A stretch of 24,331 nucleotides of DNA, taken from NCBI GenBank assembly GCA_043827405.1, contig JBDRPD010000031.1, forward strand, positions 1 to 24,331, read 5' to 3'. Below the pieces are notes generated by a model. That model was not told the DNA's origin, made no database searches, and saw only the letters and a program-made list of their open reading frames with translations. Positions 1 to 9,495 of this stretch are shown piece by piece. The stretch is from Elusimicrobiota bacterium. GTDB taxonomy: Bacteria > Elusimicrobiota > Elusimicrobia > UBA1565. The position numbers and the translations under genes are program-made. Numbering within the stretch: the first letter of the stretch is position 1; every line of letters begins with the position of its first letter.

Positions 1-3000
1 ATCGTTGACGCCCCCCGCACCGGCATAGACAACCGAAGAGAGCAGCACCCAGTCCGTGTCGTACTTGATGGCGATAATGTCGGTATCCGAGCCGTTGGTG
101 AAGTAGCCGCCGACGATCAGGTCGCCGCTGCCGTCCCTGACGATATCGAGGCCGGTATCGACCGCCGGGCCGTTCAGCGCGGCGGAGGACACGAAAGCCA
201 GCGACGAGTCGTACTTGATATTCAAGATCTCATAGGTCGGGCCGTTGGTGCCGGTTACATAGATATTGTTCGAGTCGTCGGTAACAACGCCGTAGCCGTA
301 CTGGATATTGCCGTCGCCGAAAGAGGCGGATGAGATATAAGTGAGCGCGGCATCGAACTTCAGCACATGCAGCTGAGTACTGCCGCCCGGCTTCGAATCA
401 CCGATGGTGATGATATCGCCGTTGCCGTCCACCGCGATATTCCAGACCTGATCGATCTGCCCGCTTGGATCACCCCATACCGCCGAGGAGACCATGACCA
501 GGTTGGAGGTATAGCGTATGAGCATAGAGTCCGGTTTCGGCTGGCCGTCGCTCGCATTGCCCGCGACGTAGATATCGCCGTTGGGATGCACCGCGATCGC
601 CTGTCCCTGATCGGAATTTCCGAAGCTGTGCGCCCAGGTCGCGGAAGCGACAAAGGTGAGATTGGAGTCGAATTTGAGAACCAGGACATCCGAGGCCTGG
701 GTATTGTCCGTATGCCCGGCGACATAGATATTCCCTGAGGCGTCATGCGCCAGGGCGCGGCCATGCTCATGCTGGGCGCCCACAAAGGAAGCCGAGGCGA
801 CCATGGCCCCGGTATAGTCGTACTTGACGACAAAGGCGTCCAGTCCGGTGGCCGCCCGCGAGGCATGCCCGGTAATATAGACGAAAGGCCCGCCGACCGA
901 TATGGTGTCGACGATGACGCGGTTGGCGGACTCCGTAGCTCCCAGGTCGTAGACCGCGCCGCCCGGGGCCGCGAAGTTGCCGGAGAAGGTGCCAGGAGCT
1001 GTAGGCGGCAACGGACTTGCGGCGCTGATGCCGAGCTTCGCCACGTAGATATCCTTATCTGAATTGGTCACATGGCCAGCCACGAAGGACGAATTAGCCG
1101 CCGTAGCCAGGGCCAGCGCATAGCCGCCGTCATCCGAGCTCCCGGAATGGTTGTATGTCATGCTCGATACCAGGCTCAGGTCGCCGTCATATTCGGCATG
1201 CCAGACATCGGCCCCGTTGCCCGTCGGCGTCAAGATGCCGCTCGCCACCACGTTGTTATTGTTGCCGATCGCGATATCCATCACCGAATCGAGATTATTG
1301 GCCGAGCCCTCGATCGTGATCTCATTCTGGTACGCGAGATCGTTGTCGTATTTGGCCAGCCAGATATCCATGTCGCCGCCCGATAAGTTGATCCCGCCGC
1401 CCACATACACCGCGCCGTTGCCGTCAACCGCCACGGCCTGGGCCACATCCGATCCGCCGCCCGGTCCCGCACGGGTCGTACTGGTTATGAAGACCAAATT
1501 GGAATCGAACTTACCCACCCATATATTGTTCGATGTCGCCGGCGCCGGCGGCACCTGGCCCGCCACAAATACATCGCCGTCGGCATCCAGGGCAATGCCG
1601 TGCGTGAAGTTCAGGTCGTAGCCGTTATTAAAGGACGCGCTCGACTGCAGGACCAGCGCGGAATTATAGCGCGCCAGCCATATCGTACCGTTAGCCCCAC
1701 CGTTCTTGTAGTGGCCCGTCACGTAGAGGTCGCCGTTGGGAGCGGCGACGATACCGGTGCCCTTGTTCCAACTATGCCCGGAGCCGATATTGAAGGTCTG
1801 GCTGCTGATTACCGCCAGTGAAGAATCAAAGCGGCCAAGCCATATCTGCTGGCCGAGGTCCACCAGCGAGGTATAGCCCACCGCATAGATGTCGCCGCTG
1901 GCGCCCACCGCGACTTCCAGCGCTTCATCGATTAGGTTGCCGCTGCCGTTAAGTACCCGGCTCGATACCAGCAAAGCATCACTGTCGTATTTGCCGATCC
2001 AGATGTCCCAGTATGAACTTGTCATGCTCGCCCAGCCCACCGCGTAGAGGCTCCCATCCGCGGCCCGGTCCAAACCACGCGCCTGCTCGTCGGCGGCGAC
2101 GGACGGCGGCGGCACTTCTCCCGTTATGGCAGAGGCGCCCGCGGACGGCACAAAGCCGCCGGCGTTGACCGCGACGACGTAGCGGTAGTACGTCGTCCCC
2201 GCCGTCAGCCCCGTCTCGGTATAGGTATCCGCATCCACACCGAGCGTCCCACTGCCGACGATCAGCGAGAACTGCCCCGTCGGCGAGGTGCCGCCGTAAA
2301 TCCGATAGCCTAACTCATTGGTAGCGTTATCGGACCAGTTCCAGGTGATCGAGGTTTCATATACCGTATTAGCGGCAAAATCCGTCGGCGCCTGCGAACG
2401 CCCCCGTCCGTTGCCGCCCGCCATCGCCGCCTCAAAGCCGGTGGTGTCATCGTAGGCGTGGCTCAGCCCGCCGCCCGAAGTCATATAGGAAACATGGGAA
2501 GTGCCTTCGCCGTCGATCGTCAAGCCCGTATAGTGATCATCCGCCGAATCGATAGTGTCGAAGTTCCAGCCTCCATCTTGATACGCGTAAAGCACCTCGG
2601 AATTGGTGTAGTCGAAATACGAGATATGCGCCGCGCCGTCGCCGTCCAAGGCGATCGAACAGTCACGGCCCACATCGTCGGCGCTGGCGACGGTGCTGGT
2701 GCTCCAGGATGTCCCGGTCCAATTTACATAGATCAGATCCAGCTCCCCCGACGCATGATAGTAGGCGATATGAGCGTAGCCGTTGCCGTCCAGCACTAGG
2801 TCAACATCTCTTAACGCCGCGGGGGTGTCGATTGTGGAGATGCTCCAGCCGGTCCCGGTCCAGCTGGCATATCTCAGGCTGTACCCGGAGCTTTCGTTGT
2901 ACGCGATATGCGGCCGCCCCATGGCGTCCAGCGCCAGGCTGGGTTCGGGGCTGCCCGGCAAAGTATCCACGGTGCTGATATCCCAGGCGCTGCCCGTCCA

Positions 3001-3495
3001 GCGGGCGTACTTCAATCCTTTGTTGGTGAAATCCTGGTAGGCGATATGCGGATGGCCCCAGGCATCGACGGCGATGGAGGGATTGGCGCCGACATTGCCG
3101 CCGCTGTCGACCGTCGTTATAGTCCAGCTGCTGCCGAGGCCCGTGGCATAGCGCAGGTCCATCGCTCCGTCGAGATAGTAGGCGAGGTGCTTGTTGCCGT
3201 CCGGCCCGATGGCGATCGCCGTATAGCTGTTGTTGATGGTCTCCGCTTCCGAGTATCCCCAAGAGTCGCTATAGGTGGAGATCATGACCCGGTCCGCAGT
3301 GGCATGGCCATAAACGATATTGACCGTATCGTCGCTCTCAACTGCGATCGCGCTAAACAAGCCCGTATCGGTGTCTGAGTTGACTTCCTCGGTGGTGAAC
3401 TGAGCGGCGGACTTGGCGACAGTGGAAAACAGAAGAACAAACGCACCCAGAAGGGCGGGGAGAGTACGGGTTCTCGGCGTTTCCGACTCCGGCAT
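1..3495 (-). CDS. Giant secreted/surface protein, 5' part only (>=1165 aa, runs off the left edge): signal peptide, beta-propeller, FN3 domain, then two SBBP-like beta-propellers
   Basis: Read by hand with no stop in this minus frame from ATG 3495 to position 1 (alternative GTG starts at 3510 and 3519). N-terminus MPESETPRTRTLPALLGAFVLLFSTVAKSAAQ. Blades such as SIAVDAWGHPHIAY and SLALDAMGRPHIAY (about 2450-3400); FN3 APTDF..SITWNWSDNATNELGYRIY..YTETGLTAGTTYYRYVVAVN (about 2130-2395); repeats such as AVAVDGNGAVYVGG..DIWLAKYD (1-2095). Confidence 0.92.
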   Translation of the reverse strand, partial: MPESETPRTRTLPALLGAFVLLFSTVAKSAAQFTTEEVNSDTDTGLFSAIAVESDDTVNIVYGHATADRVMISTYSDSWGYSEAETINNSYTAIAIGPDGNKHLAYYLDGAMDLRYATGLGSSWTITTVDSGGNVGANPSIAVDAWGHPHIAYQDFTNKGLKYARWTGSAWDISTVDTLPGSPEPSLALDAMGRPHIAYNESSGYSLRYASWTGTGWSISTIDTPAALRDVDLVLDGNGYAHIAYYHASGELDLIYVNWTGTSWSTSTVASADDVGRDCSIALDGDGAAHISYFDYTNSEVLYAYQDGGWNFDTIDSADDHYTGLTIDGEGTSHVSYMTSGGGLSHAYDDTTGFEAAMAGGNGRGRSQAPTDFAANTVYETSITWNWSDNATNELGYRIYGGTSPTGQFSLIVGSGTLGVDADTYTETGLTAGTTYYRYVVAVNAGGFVPSAGASAITGEVPPPSVAADEQARGLDRAADGSLYAVGWASMTSSYWDIWIGKYDSDALLVSSRVLNGSGNLIDEALEVAVGASGDIYAVGYTSLVDLGQQIWLGRFDSSLAVISSQTFNIGSGHSWNKGTGIVAAPNGDLYVTGHYKNGGANGTIWLARYNSALVLQSSASFNNGYDLNFTHGIALDADGDVFVAGQVPPAPATSNNIWVGKFDSNLVFITSTTRAGPGGGSDVAQAVAVDGNGAVYVGGGINLSGGDMDIWLAKYDNDLAYQNEITIEGSANNLDSVMDIAIGNNNNVVASGILTPTGNGADVWHAEYDGDLSLVSSMTYNHSGSSDDGGYALALATAANSSFVAGHVTNSDKDIYVAKLGISAASPLPPTAPGTFSGNFAAPGGAVYDLGATESANRVIVDTISVGGPFVYITGHASRAATGLDAFVVKYDYTGAMVASASFVGAQHEHGRALAHDASGNIYVAGHTDNTQASDVLVLKFDSNLTFVASATWAHSFGNSDQGQAIAVHPNGDIYVAGNASDGQPKPDSMLIRYTSNLVMVSSAVWGDPSGQIDQVWNIAVDGNGDIITIGDSKPGGSTQLHVLKFDAALTYISSASFGDGNIQYGYGVVTDDSNNIYVTGTNGPTYEILNIKYDSSLAFVSSAALNGPAVDTGLDIVRDGSGDLIVGGYFTNGSDTDIIAIKYDTDWVLLSSVVYAGAGGVND

Positions 3496-3661
3496 GCAGT
3501 TCCGGAACACATTGGCCACGTATTTAACGTGACTGGTTAACTACCCTCCCATTATGAGCCGTTCCCCAGATAAATCAAGGCTTTTTTACTGTAACCTAAG
3601 TTACAAACCGACTCCCTCCTATTCCCCCCTTATTAAGGAAAATGTACGTTATAGCACCAGC

Positions 3662-4306
3662 ATGGCCCGCAAAGTCATAGTCTTCAACAAGCCCTACGGC
3701 ATAGTCACCCAGTTCTCACCCATTCTGGAGAAGCGCACCCTCGCCGACTTCGGCTTGCCCAAAGGGGTCTACCCCTGCGGCCGGCTCGACCATGACAGCG
3801 AAGGCCTCCTCGTGCTGACCGACGACGGGCGGCTGCAGAACCGCATCACCGATCCCAAGCGCGGCCACCCGCGGACTTATCTGGTGCAGGTCGAAGGCGT
3901 GCCGGTGCTCCAGCGTCTAAACCGGCTGAAGAATGGGCTGAAGCTCAAGGACGGCATGACCAAGCCCTGCGAGGTCAAGCTGCTGCAAGATGAGCCCGCT
4001 CTCCCCCCCCGCATACCCCCGATACGCTACCGCAAGAGCGTGCCCACGAGCTGGCTGGAGCTGAGCCTGACGGAAGGACGCAATAGGCAGGTGCGGCGCA
4101 TGACCGCGGCGATCAGCCACCCCACGCTGCGGCTGGTGCGCGTCAGGATCGGACCGCTGACGCTGGAAGGGCTGGAGCCCGGCACCTGGCGGCCGCTGAC
4201 GGTAGAGGAAAGCCGCCGGCTGCTTAACGCCGTCTACGACTTTCGCAGGACCAAGTCCAGGACCAGGTCCTCGTGCAGCCGCAGGTCCAAAGGCGCGCGG
4301 TCGTAA
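3662..4306 (+). CDS. rluE: rRNA large subunit pseudouridine synthase (RsuA family, RluE-like, no S4 domain)
   Basis: Motifs FNKPYG, GRLDHDSEGLLVLT (catalytic Asp), RIPPIRYRKSVPTSWLELSLTEGRNRQVRRMTA, HPTLRLVR. Start set at MARKVIV (3662). Confidence 0.9.
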   Translation: MARKVIVFNKPYGIVTQFSPILEKRTLADFGLPKGVYPCGRLDHDSEGLLVLTDDGRLQNRITDPKRGHPRTYLVQVEGVPVLQRLNRLKNGLKLKDGMTKPCEVKLLQDEPALPPRIPPIRYRKSVPTSWLELSLTEGRNRQVRRMTAAISHPTLRLVRVRIGPLTLEGLEPGTWRPLTVEESRRLLNAVYDFRRTKSRTRSSCSRRSKGARS

Positions 4307-6531
4307 GGAAGCCAGTCCTCGCCGTTGAGGCGCAGGTGCGAGAAGGGCCCTTCCTTCTTCATGCGCTTGAGCAAGGTCTGCAGGCTGGTCCCGTTGACGT
4401 AGTAGCGGTAGGAAACCTCGGCGCTGCTGCGCGAGTCCTTCTCCCGGCGCACCCGGATGGTCGTGCGGTAGGAAGTCTTGTGACGGATATCCTCGCGCGC
4501 CAGCTGCAAGGTCGCGATCGCGTTCTGAATCCGCTTGCGCTTGATCTCGCTGCTCGCCAGCTTGAGCAGCTTCTTGGCCCGGGCATAGCCGGGCTCGGGG
4601 AGCTCCTCGGAGAAGTAGGTCTGCAGCAGGCCGCTGAGCTCGCCGCGCAGGTCGGCCTCGGCCTTGCGGCTGATATAGCCGCCGCGCAGGACCTTGACGA
4701 CGAGGGCGGTGCGGCGCAGGATGTCCTGGTCGCGGTATTCGGTGTAGACCGCGGCGGCGCGGCGGCGCACGCCGGCGGATATGCGCTCTATCGTCTGCAG
4801 GCGGGCGTTGAGGCCGGCGATCGCCCGCGCGATGTCCCGGCGCGCCGCGGCGTAATCGCCCCGCGCCTGGCCGGCGGCGGCGCTCTGCAGATGTCCGGCC
4901 GCGCTCTGCTTCTGCGCGACCTTGCCGCGGGCGGCCCAGGACCGCAGGTCCTGGATCACGGCGCCGATATCGTCGAACTCCTCCTTGGCCAGCGGCCGGG
5001 CATGGGGACGGACGCCGCTCTCGACCGCCGAGTTCAGCAGATCGGAGGCGCGCTCGAGGTCGGCGACGGCGCGCAGGATGCGCGCGCTCTCGTCGGCGTT
5101 GGCAGCCAGCGTATGCGCCTGGCTGCGCAGGGCGGTCGACAGGTTCTCATACTCGACGCCCTTCCAGTTGGGATAGAGCGGGGAGACTATCCCGTCGCGT
5201 ACGGCGAGAATCTCGGCCGAAACCTCTTTGGCCGGCGGCGGGTTGGGGGCCATTAGCGACTCCACCCGCGCCCGCACCTGCGCGATCCTGGCGCTGAATG
5301 CGGCATCGAGCGCGGCGAGCTGCGTCAGCTTCTCGATACTTTGATCTATCCGGCCGTTGCGCGCATGCAGGGCGGCGTCGCTGAGACCTTTGGCCAGGCT
5401 GCGCCAGCGCTGCTGGCGGATGACCACGCGCTCGCTCTTGCCCGAGCCGTGCAGCTCCATAGCGAAGCCCGGAAGATCGAAGATGCGGACGATAGCGCCG
5501 GCGGCGTCGACCTCGAAGGACTCGCGGGCCTTGCGGCGGGATTGCGCCAAGGTGCCGCGATAGCGCAGCTCGGCCTTCAGCATGGCGGCGCTGTTGTAAG
5601 CGCCGGCCAAGGTCCACAGCGCGGCGTTGCGGCGGAAGACTTTTGACGGCAGAGGCGAGTCCTCGCTCAGGAGCAGGCGTACCGTCCGCAGCTGCGTCTT
5701 CAACAGGGTCAGGTTGATGCGGATCGCCTCGGCGTTGAGCTCCTCGCGATCGCCGGCGGCAGCGCGCATGCGCCGGTAGTGGGCGGCGCGGCCGGCATGC
5801 AGGGTCTTGAGCTCCTTTGAGATGGCGGCAAAATTGTCCGCCTCGACGGTGCCGGGGACTCCGCCATCGAGCGCTTCCAGGCGCTGGATAAAGGCCCGCT
5901 TGCGGGCGGGAAGCGCCAGCCGCGACTGCGAAGACGCGCCGGGATCCTTCTCGACGGCATGGATGCCCGCCAGCTCCGCGTAAAGCCGGTCGACGCCGGA
6001 AAGAAAGCTATTCGCGCTCTCGAGCGAAGGGAGCTCCGTCAAGTAGCGGGATGCGCCGAATGCCGCGACGACATCATCGCCGATCTCCCCCTTATGGCTC
6101 CGGACGCCGTCATATATCAGCCCCAGCGGGGTCTTCTTCTTGAGGGCCTGCTGAATCTGCCGCTGCAGCGGCTCCTTGTGCTGCGCCGCCGAACCGCTGA
6201 AGGCGGCCGCAGGCAGGGTCCGCGGCAGATCGAGCACGGTAAAGCGCGTTTCGGTCATGGACGGCAGGACCGAGACCTGGCCCGAGTTTATTGCGCCCAG
6301 CGACGGCGCGGCTGCCCCCCGCAGCGTTCCCCTAAGCGAGAGCCCCGCCTGCAGCGGCGAGAGGCCGGCGTTGAAGGTCGCGAGCGTCGTCACCGAACCG
6401 GCGGCGCCGGCCGCGGCGGCGGCCGAGCCGCCTTTGGCCGCCTGCCCGACGACGGCGATCCCGGCGCCCTGGGCGGGCGTCGACAATAAAATGGATACGC
6501 AAAGGCTGAATATCTTTTTGGCTCCGATCAT
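4234..6531 (-). CDS. Large secreted alpha-helical hypothetical protein (about 765 aa) with a putative C-terminal beta-grasp (ubiquitin/ThiS-like) domain
   Basis: Long ORF with signal peptide MIGAKKIFSLCVSILLSTPAQGA, an Ala/Gly-rich leader and an Ala/Arg/Leu-rich helical body. Start 6531 chosen because an extended -10 (TGGTACTAT) ends 7 nt upstream. Confidence 0.8.
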   Translation of the reverse strand: MIGAKKIFSLCVSILLSTPAQGAGIAVVGQAAKGGSAAAAAGAAGSVTTLATFNAGLSPLQAGLSLRGTLRGAAAPSLGAINSGQVSVLPSMTETRFTVLDLPRTLPAAAFSGSAAQHKEPLQRQIQQALKKKTPLGLIYDGVRSHKGEIGDDVVAAFGASRYLTELPSLESANSFLSGVDRLYAELAGIHAVEKDPGASSQSRLALPARKRAFIQRLEALDGGVPGTVEADNFAAISKELKTLHAGRAAHYRRMRAAAGDREELNAEAIRINLTLLKTQLRTVRLLLSEDSPLPSKVFRRNAALWTLAGAYNSAAMLKAELRYRGTLAQSRRKARESFEVDAAGAIVRIFDLPGFAMELHGSGKSERVVIRQQRWRSLAKGLSDAALHARNGRIDQSIEKLTQLAALDAAFSARIAQVRARVESLMAPNPPPAKEVSAEILAVRDGIVSPLYPNWKGVEYENLSTALRSQAHTLAANADESARILRAVADLERASDLLNSAVESGVRPHARPLAKEEFDDIGAVIQDLRSWAARGKVAQKQSAAGHLQSAAAGQARGDYAAARRDIARAIAGLNARLQTIERISAGVRRRAAAVYTEYRDQDILRRTALVVKVLRGGYISRKAEADLRGELSGLLQTYFSEELPEPGYARAKKLLKLASSEIKRKRIQNAIATLQLAREDIRHKTSYRTTIRVRREKDSRSSAEVSYRYYVNGTSLQTLLKRMKKEGPFSHLRLNGEDWLPYDRAPLDLRLHEDLVLDLVLRKS

Positions 6532-6668
6532 GGAAGCCATAGTACCAGAAACCCCGACGGGACGGATGCGTCGATGGGCCCAGTTTCCCCTCGGCGTAGG
6601 TCCCACTCCCCGGTGGGACCAAAGAAGTGCCCTTGCCGCGGCGAACTGGTACAATGTCCACCGGCATC
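6532..6668. promoter_or_regulatory. Divergent promoter region with two extended -10 boxes and three GG(C/T/A)C boxes
   Basis: Minus strand TG-G-TACTAT (6539-6547); plus strand TG-G-TACAAT (6647-6655); boxes TGGGCC 6575, TAGGTC 6597, TGGGAC 6614. Confidence 0.55.
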
Positions 6669-7481
6669 ATGACCAAGACAATCAGCCGCTTCCCGCCCCC
6701 CGCTCACGACTTCGACAAGTATGACCTGTACTCGCGCGCCGTACAAAATCCCGGAACGGATGCGCTGTTCTTCCAAAAGGTCTACCGCGAATTGCGGGAG
6801 AGGCAGCCGCGGATTTTGCGCGAGGACTTCTGCGGAACGTTTCAGGTCTGCTGCGAATGGGTCAAGCTCGACGAGGAGAACGCCGCCTTCGGTCTGGACC
6901 TCGATCCGGAGCCCGTCGCTTACGGCCGCGAGCGCTATCTCAGCCGCCTGGCTCCCGAGCAGCGGCGCCGCGTCCGCGTCGAGCTCAAAAATGTGCTCGA
7001 CCGCGACCTCCCCATGGCCGACATCGTGGCCGCCGAGAACTTTTCCTACTTCATCTTCAAGCGCCGGGCCAAGCTGTTGAGCTATTTCGAAAACTGCCGG
7101 GCCTCGCTGCTCCCCGGAGGACTGCTGATACTCGACGCCTTCGGCGGCACCGACAACCATACGGAGGGCGAGGAAGAAACGGACCACGGGGACTTCACCT
7201 ACTATTGGGACCAGCAGCTCTTCGACCCCATCACCTGCCATACCCGCTTCGCCATCCACCTGCGGCCCAAATGCGGGCCGAAGTTCGAGAACTGCTTCAC
7301 CTATGACTGGCGCATGTGGTCTATCCCCGAAATCCGCGAGCTGCTGGCCGAGGCGGGCTTCCGCCACTCCCATGTCTACTGGGAAGGCACCGCCGGCGAG
7401 AAAGGCGACGGCATCTTCACCCGCGTACGCACCGGCGAGGCATGCGAAAGCTGGATCGCCTACATCGCCGCCGAGAAATAG
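6669..7481 (+). CDS. Class I SAM-dependent methyltransferase (LREDFCGT-type), substrate unknown
   Basis: Motif I variant ILREDFCGT, acidic strand GLDLDPEP, ADIVAAENFSY, LLPGGLLILDAFGG. The start could be 6654, but 6669 fits the upstream -10 better. Confidence 0.85.
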   Translation: MTKTISRFPPPAHDFDKYDLYSRAVQNPGTDALFFQKVYRELRERQPRILREDFCGTFQVCCEWVKLDEENAAFGLDLDPEPVAYGRERYLSRLAPEQRRRVRVELKNVLDRDLPMADIVAAENFSYFIFKRRAKLLSYFENCRASLLPGGLLILDAFGGTDNHTEGEEETDHGDFTYYWDQQLFDPITCHTRFAIHLRPKCGPKFENCFTYDWRMWSIPEIRELLAEAGFRHSHVYWEGTAGEKGDGIFTRVRTGEACESWIAYIAAEK

Positions 7482-7513
7482 TCCCTCCCCAAGCGATACC
7501 CCAAACTACCAAG

Positions 7514-7585
7514 CGGTACCGGTTATTAACATTAACTTTCCCATGATTTTGCGTCCCGGGAAGTTAATGTTAATAACCGGTACCG
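7514..7585. repeat. Palindromic intergenic element, copy 1 (REP/MITE-like)
   Basis: Perfect 25-bp inverted repeat CGGTACCGGTTATTAACATTAACTT (7514-7538) / AAGTTAATGTTAATAACCGGTACCG (7561-7585) with a 22-nt core; lies between convergent genes. Confidence 0.95.
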
Positions 7586-7600
7586 GAATGGGGCCGGGAC

Positions 7601-9268
7601 TTAGTGGCGGGCGGCGTAGTAGGCGGCGAAGGAGAAGAACAGGGCGATCCAGAACAGCGCCAGCCCTACCGGGGCGCGCCGCCGGTCCACCTCGTAGTCG
7701 AAGGGCACCGCGTTCACGCACAGCGCCACGCCCTCGGTCGACATGACGCGGCCGATGCCGCGCAGCAGGGCCACGATCCCGCCGACCAGCGCCGCGAACG
7801 GCTTGCGGTAGAGCCAGTCCACATCGAGTGAAATGGCGTCCTTGGGCTTGAGCACCTTGAGCAGCAGCCAGAAGGCGGCGGCGGTCCCCAGGTGCAGCTG
7901 CAGCGAGCCCGCGACATGGGTCAGCGTATACGGGTGGTATTCGGCGGCGTTCGGCAGGAAATCGTAGAGCATCTGCGGAAACAAGCCGAGCAAGGTGCAC
8001 AGCGCCGCGGCGAAGCCCATGGCCACGTACATATTGGCCGGCAGCGCCTTGGCCTTTATCTTGCAGTCCTCGCCGAAGAAGGCGTGATACGCCAGCTTGA
8101 GCCCGATCGACAGGAAGGTGCCGACGGAAGCGAGCTCGAGGAGCAGCTCCAGGACGATGCGGTGCTCGTGGCCGAAGGCGCTGATCGTCATGGTCTTGCT
8201 GATAAAGCCGTTAAACATCGGCAGGCCCGAGATCGAGAAGGCCCCCACCATGAACAGGACGAGTACCGCCGGCATCTGCCGCACCAGCCCGCCGAGCTCG
8301 GTCAGCTTGCTTTTGCCGGTGGCGTAGATGATCGCCCCCGCGCCCATAAACAGCAGGCCCTTATAAAGGATGTGGCAGAAGGCATGCGCCGCCGCGCCGT
8401 CCAACGACAGCGCCGTGCCCAGGCCGACGCCCGCCACCATGAAGCCGACCTGGCTGACGATATGGTAGGAGAGCAGCCGGCGAATATCGTTTTCCAGCAC
8501 CGCGAATACGACGCCGTAGAGCGCCATGATGACGCCGATAACCGCCAGCGGCTCGGCGCCGGGGAAAGCCCGCAGCAGCACGTAGACCGCGGTCTTGGTG
8601 GTGAAGGCGCTCTGTACGACGCTGCCGGTAACGGTGCATTCAGGATACGCGTCGGTCAGCCAGGCATGGAGCGGCGGGATCGCGGAGTTGACCGCGACGC
8701 CGGTTAAAATCAGCCAGCCGGCGGGGGTCAGCGGCCCCTGCCCGGTCAGGGCCAGGAACTCGGAGCTGCCGCCGTTTGCCAGGTGCAGCAGGATGCCGGC
8801 GAACAGTATGCCGCCGCCCATCACATGCACCAGCAGATAGCGGTAGCCCGCCTTCAGCGAGCCGGGGGTGTCGCCCATCCAGATAATGAAGATGGAGGCC
8901 ACGCTCATGAGCTCCCAGAAAACGAACATGGTGATCCAGTCGCCGGCGAACACCACGCCCAAGGCCGAGCCGGCCAAAGCGAGGGAGGCGGCCTGCTCCT
9001 TGCCGCCCGGATGATGCAGGGCGTAGATAATGCCGGCGAAAGTGATCAGGCAGAAGATGATGCCGAACAGCAGGCTCAGCGAGTCAAAGCGCATCAGCTC
9101 CAGCGTATAGCCCGGCAGCTTGTAGGGCAAAGACGAGCCGCCCGACAGGCCGAACAGCGTCCACAAGGCCAGCGCGGGCGCCGCCGTCACGGCGATCCGG
9201 CGCACATTCCCCCGCAGCACGATCGCCAGGGCCGCAGCGCCGAACAGGAAGTGGGATGGGTGCAGCAT
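7601..9268 (-). CDS. mrpD: Mrp-type Na+/H+ antiporter, antiporter-like subunit D (third paralogue)
   Basis: Polytopic membrane protein; FVFWELMS, IPPLHAWLTDAYPE, FTTKTAVY, DIRRLLSYHIVSQVG, HILYKGLLF, FNGFISKT. Confidence 0.88.
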   Translation of the reverse strand: MLHPSHFLFGAAALAIVLRGNVRRIAVTAAPALALWTLFGLSGGSSLPYKLPGYTLELMRFDSLSLLFGIIFCLITFAGIIYALHHPGGKEQAASLALAGSALGVVFAGDWITMFVFWELMSVASIFIIWMGDTPGSLKAGYRYLLVHVMGGGILFAGILLHLANGGSSEFLALTGQGPLTPAGWLILTGVAVNSAIPPLHAWLTDAYPECTVTGSVVQSAFTTKTAVYVLLRAFPGAEPLAVIGVIMALYGVVFAVLENDIRRLLSYHIVSQVGFMVAGVGLGTALSLDGAAAHAFCHILYKGLLFMGAGAIIYATGKSKLTELGGLVRQMPAVLVLFMVGAFSISGLPMFNGFISKTMTISAFGHEHRIVLELLLELASVGTFLSIGLKLAYHAFFGEDCKIKAKALPANMYVAMGFAAALCTLLGLFPQMLYDFLPNAAEYHPYTLTHVAGSLQLHLGTAAAFWLLLKVLKPKDAISLDVDWLYRKPFAALVGGIVALLRGIGRVMSTEGVALCVNAVPFDYEVDRRRAPVGLALFWIALFFSFAAYYAARH

Positions 9269-9495
9269 CAGTCCCAGTCCCCCTTGCCGTAGTAGTCGTC
9301 CTTGCGCCCGATGAGCTTGTACATGATGATCTTGGCGAATACCGTGAGCAGGGCGCCGCCGATGATGCCGAAGAGAAACAGGAAGCCCGGCATGGACATG
9401 ATGCCGTCCCCGCCGTGGCCGTGATCCATGGCGCCCATGATCAGGCTGATCGCCAGCAGGCCGAGCCCGCCCAAGAGCAGATGCTTCTTCTTCAT
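9268..9495 (-). CDS. Small two-helix membrane protein within the Mrp operon
   Basis: 75 aa with two hydrophobic segments and C-terminal IGRKDDYY; overlaps both neighbours by start/stop coupling. Confidence 0.8.
   Translation of the reverse strand: MKKKHLLLGGLGLLAISLIMGAMDHGHGGDGIMSMPGFLFLFGIIGGALLTVFAKIIMYKLIGRKDDYYGKGDWD

Noticed and set aside
360..3512. Many short ORFs in the track over the first 3.5 kb
   Set aside because: They are antisense or off-frame shadows of the single giant minus-strand gene.
7514..7585. Plain rho-independent terminator as the full explanation of the palindromes
   Set aside because: The stems are long and AT-rich with 22-25 nt loops and no U-tract, and they share sequence across loci, unlike the ordinary terminator at 24153-24187.
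7303..8000. Small ORFs reading through the element (PVININFP..GKLMLITG), also 22621..22953
   Set aside because: They overlap real genes in shifted frames. The open frame through the element is probably incidental, although genome-wide in-frame insertions were not tested.
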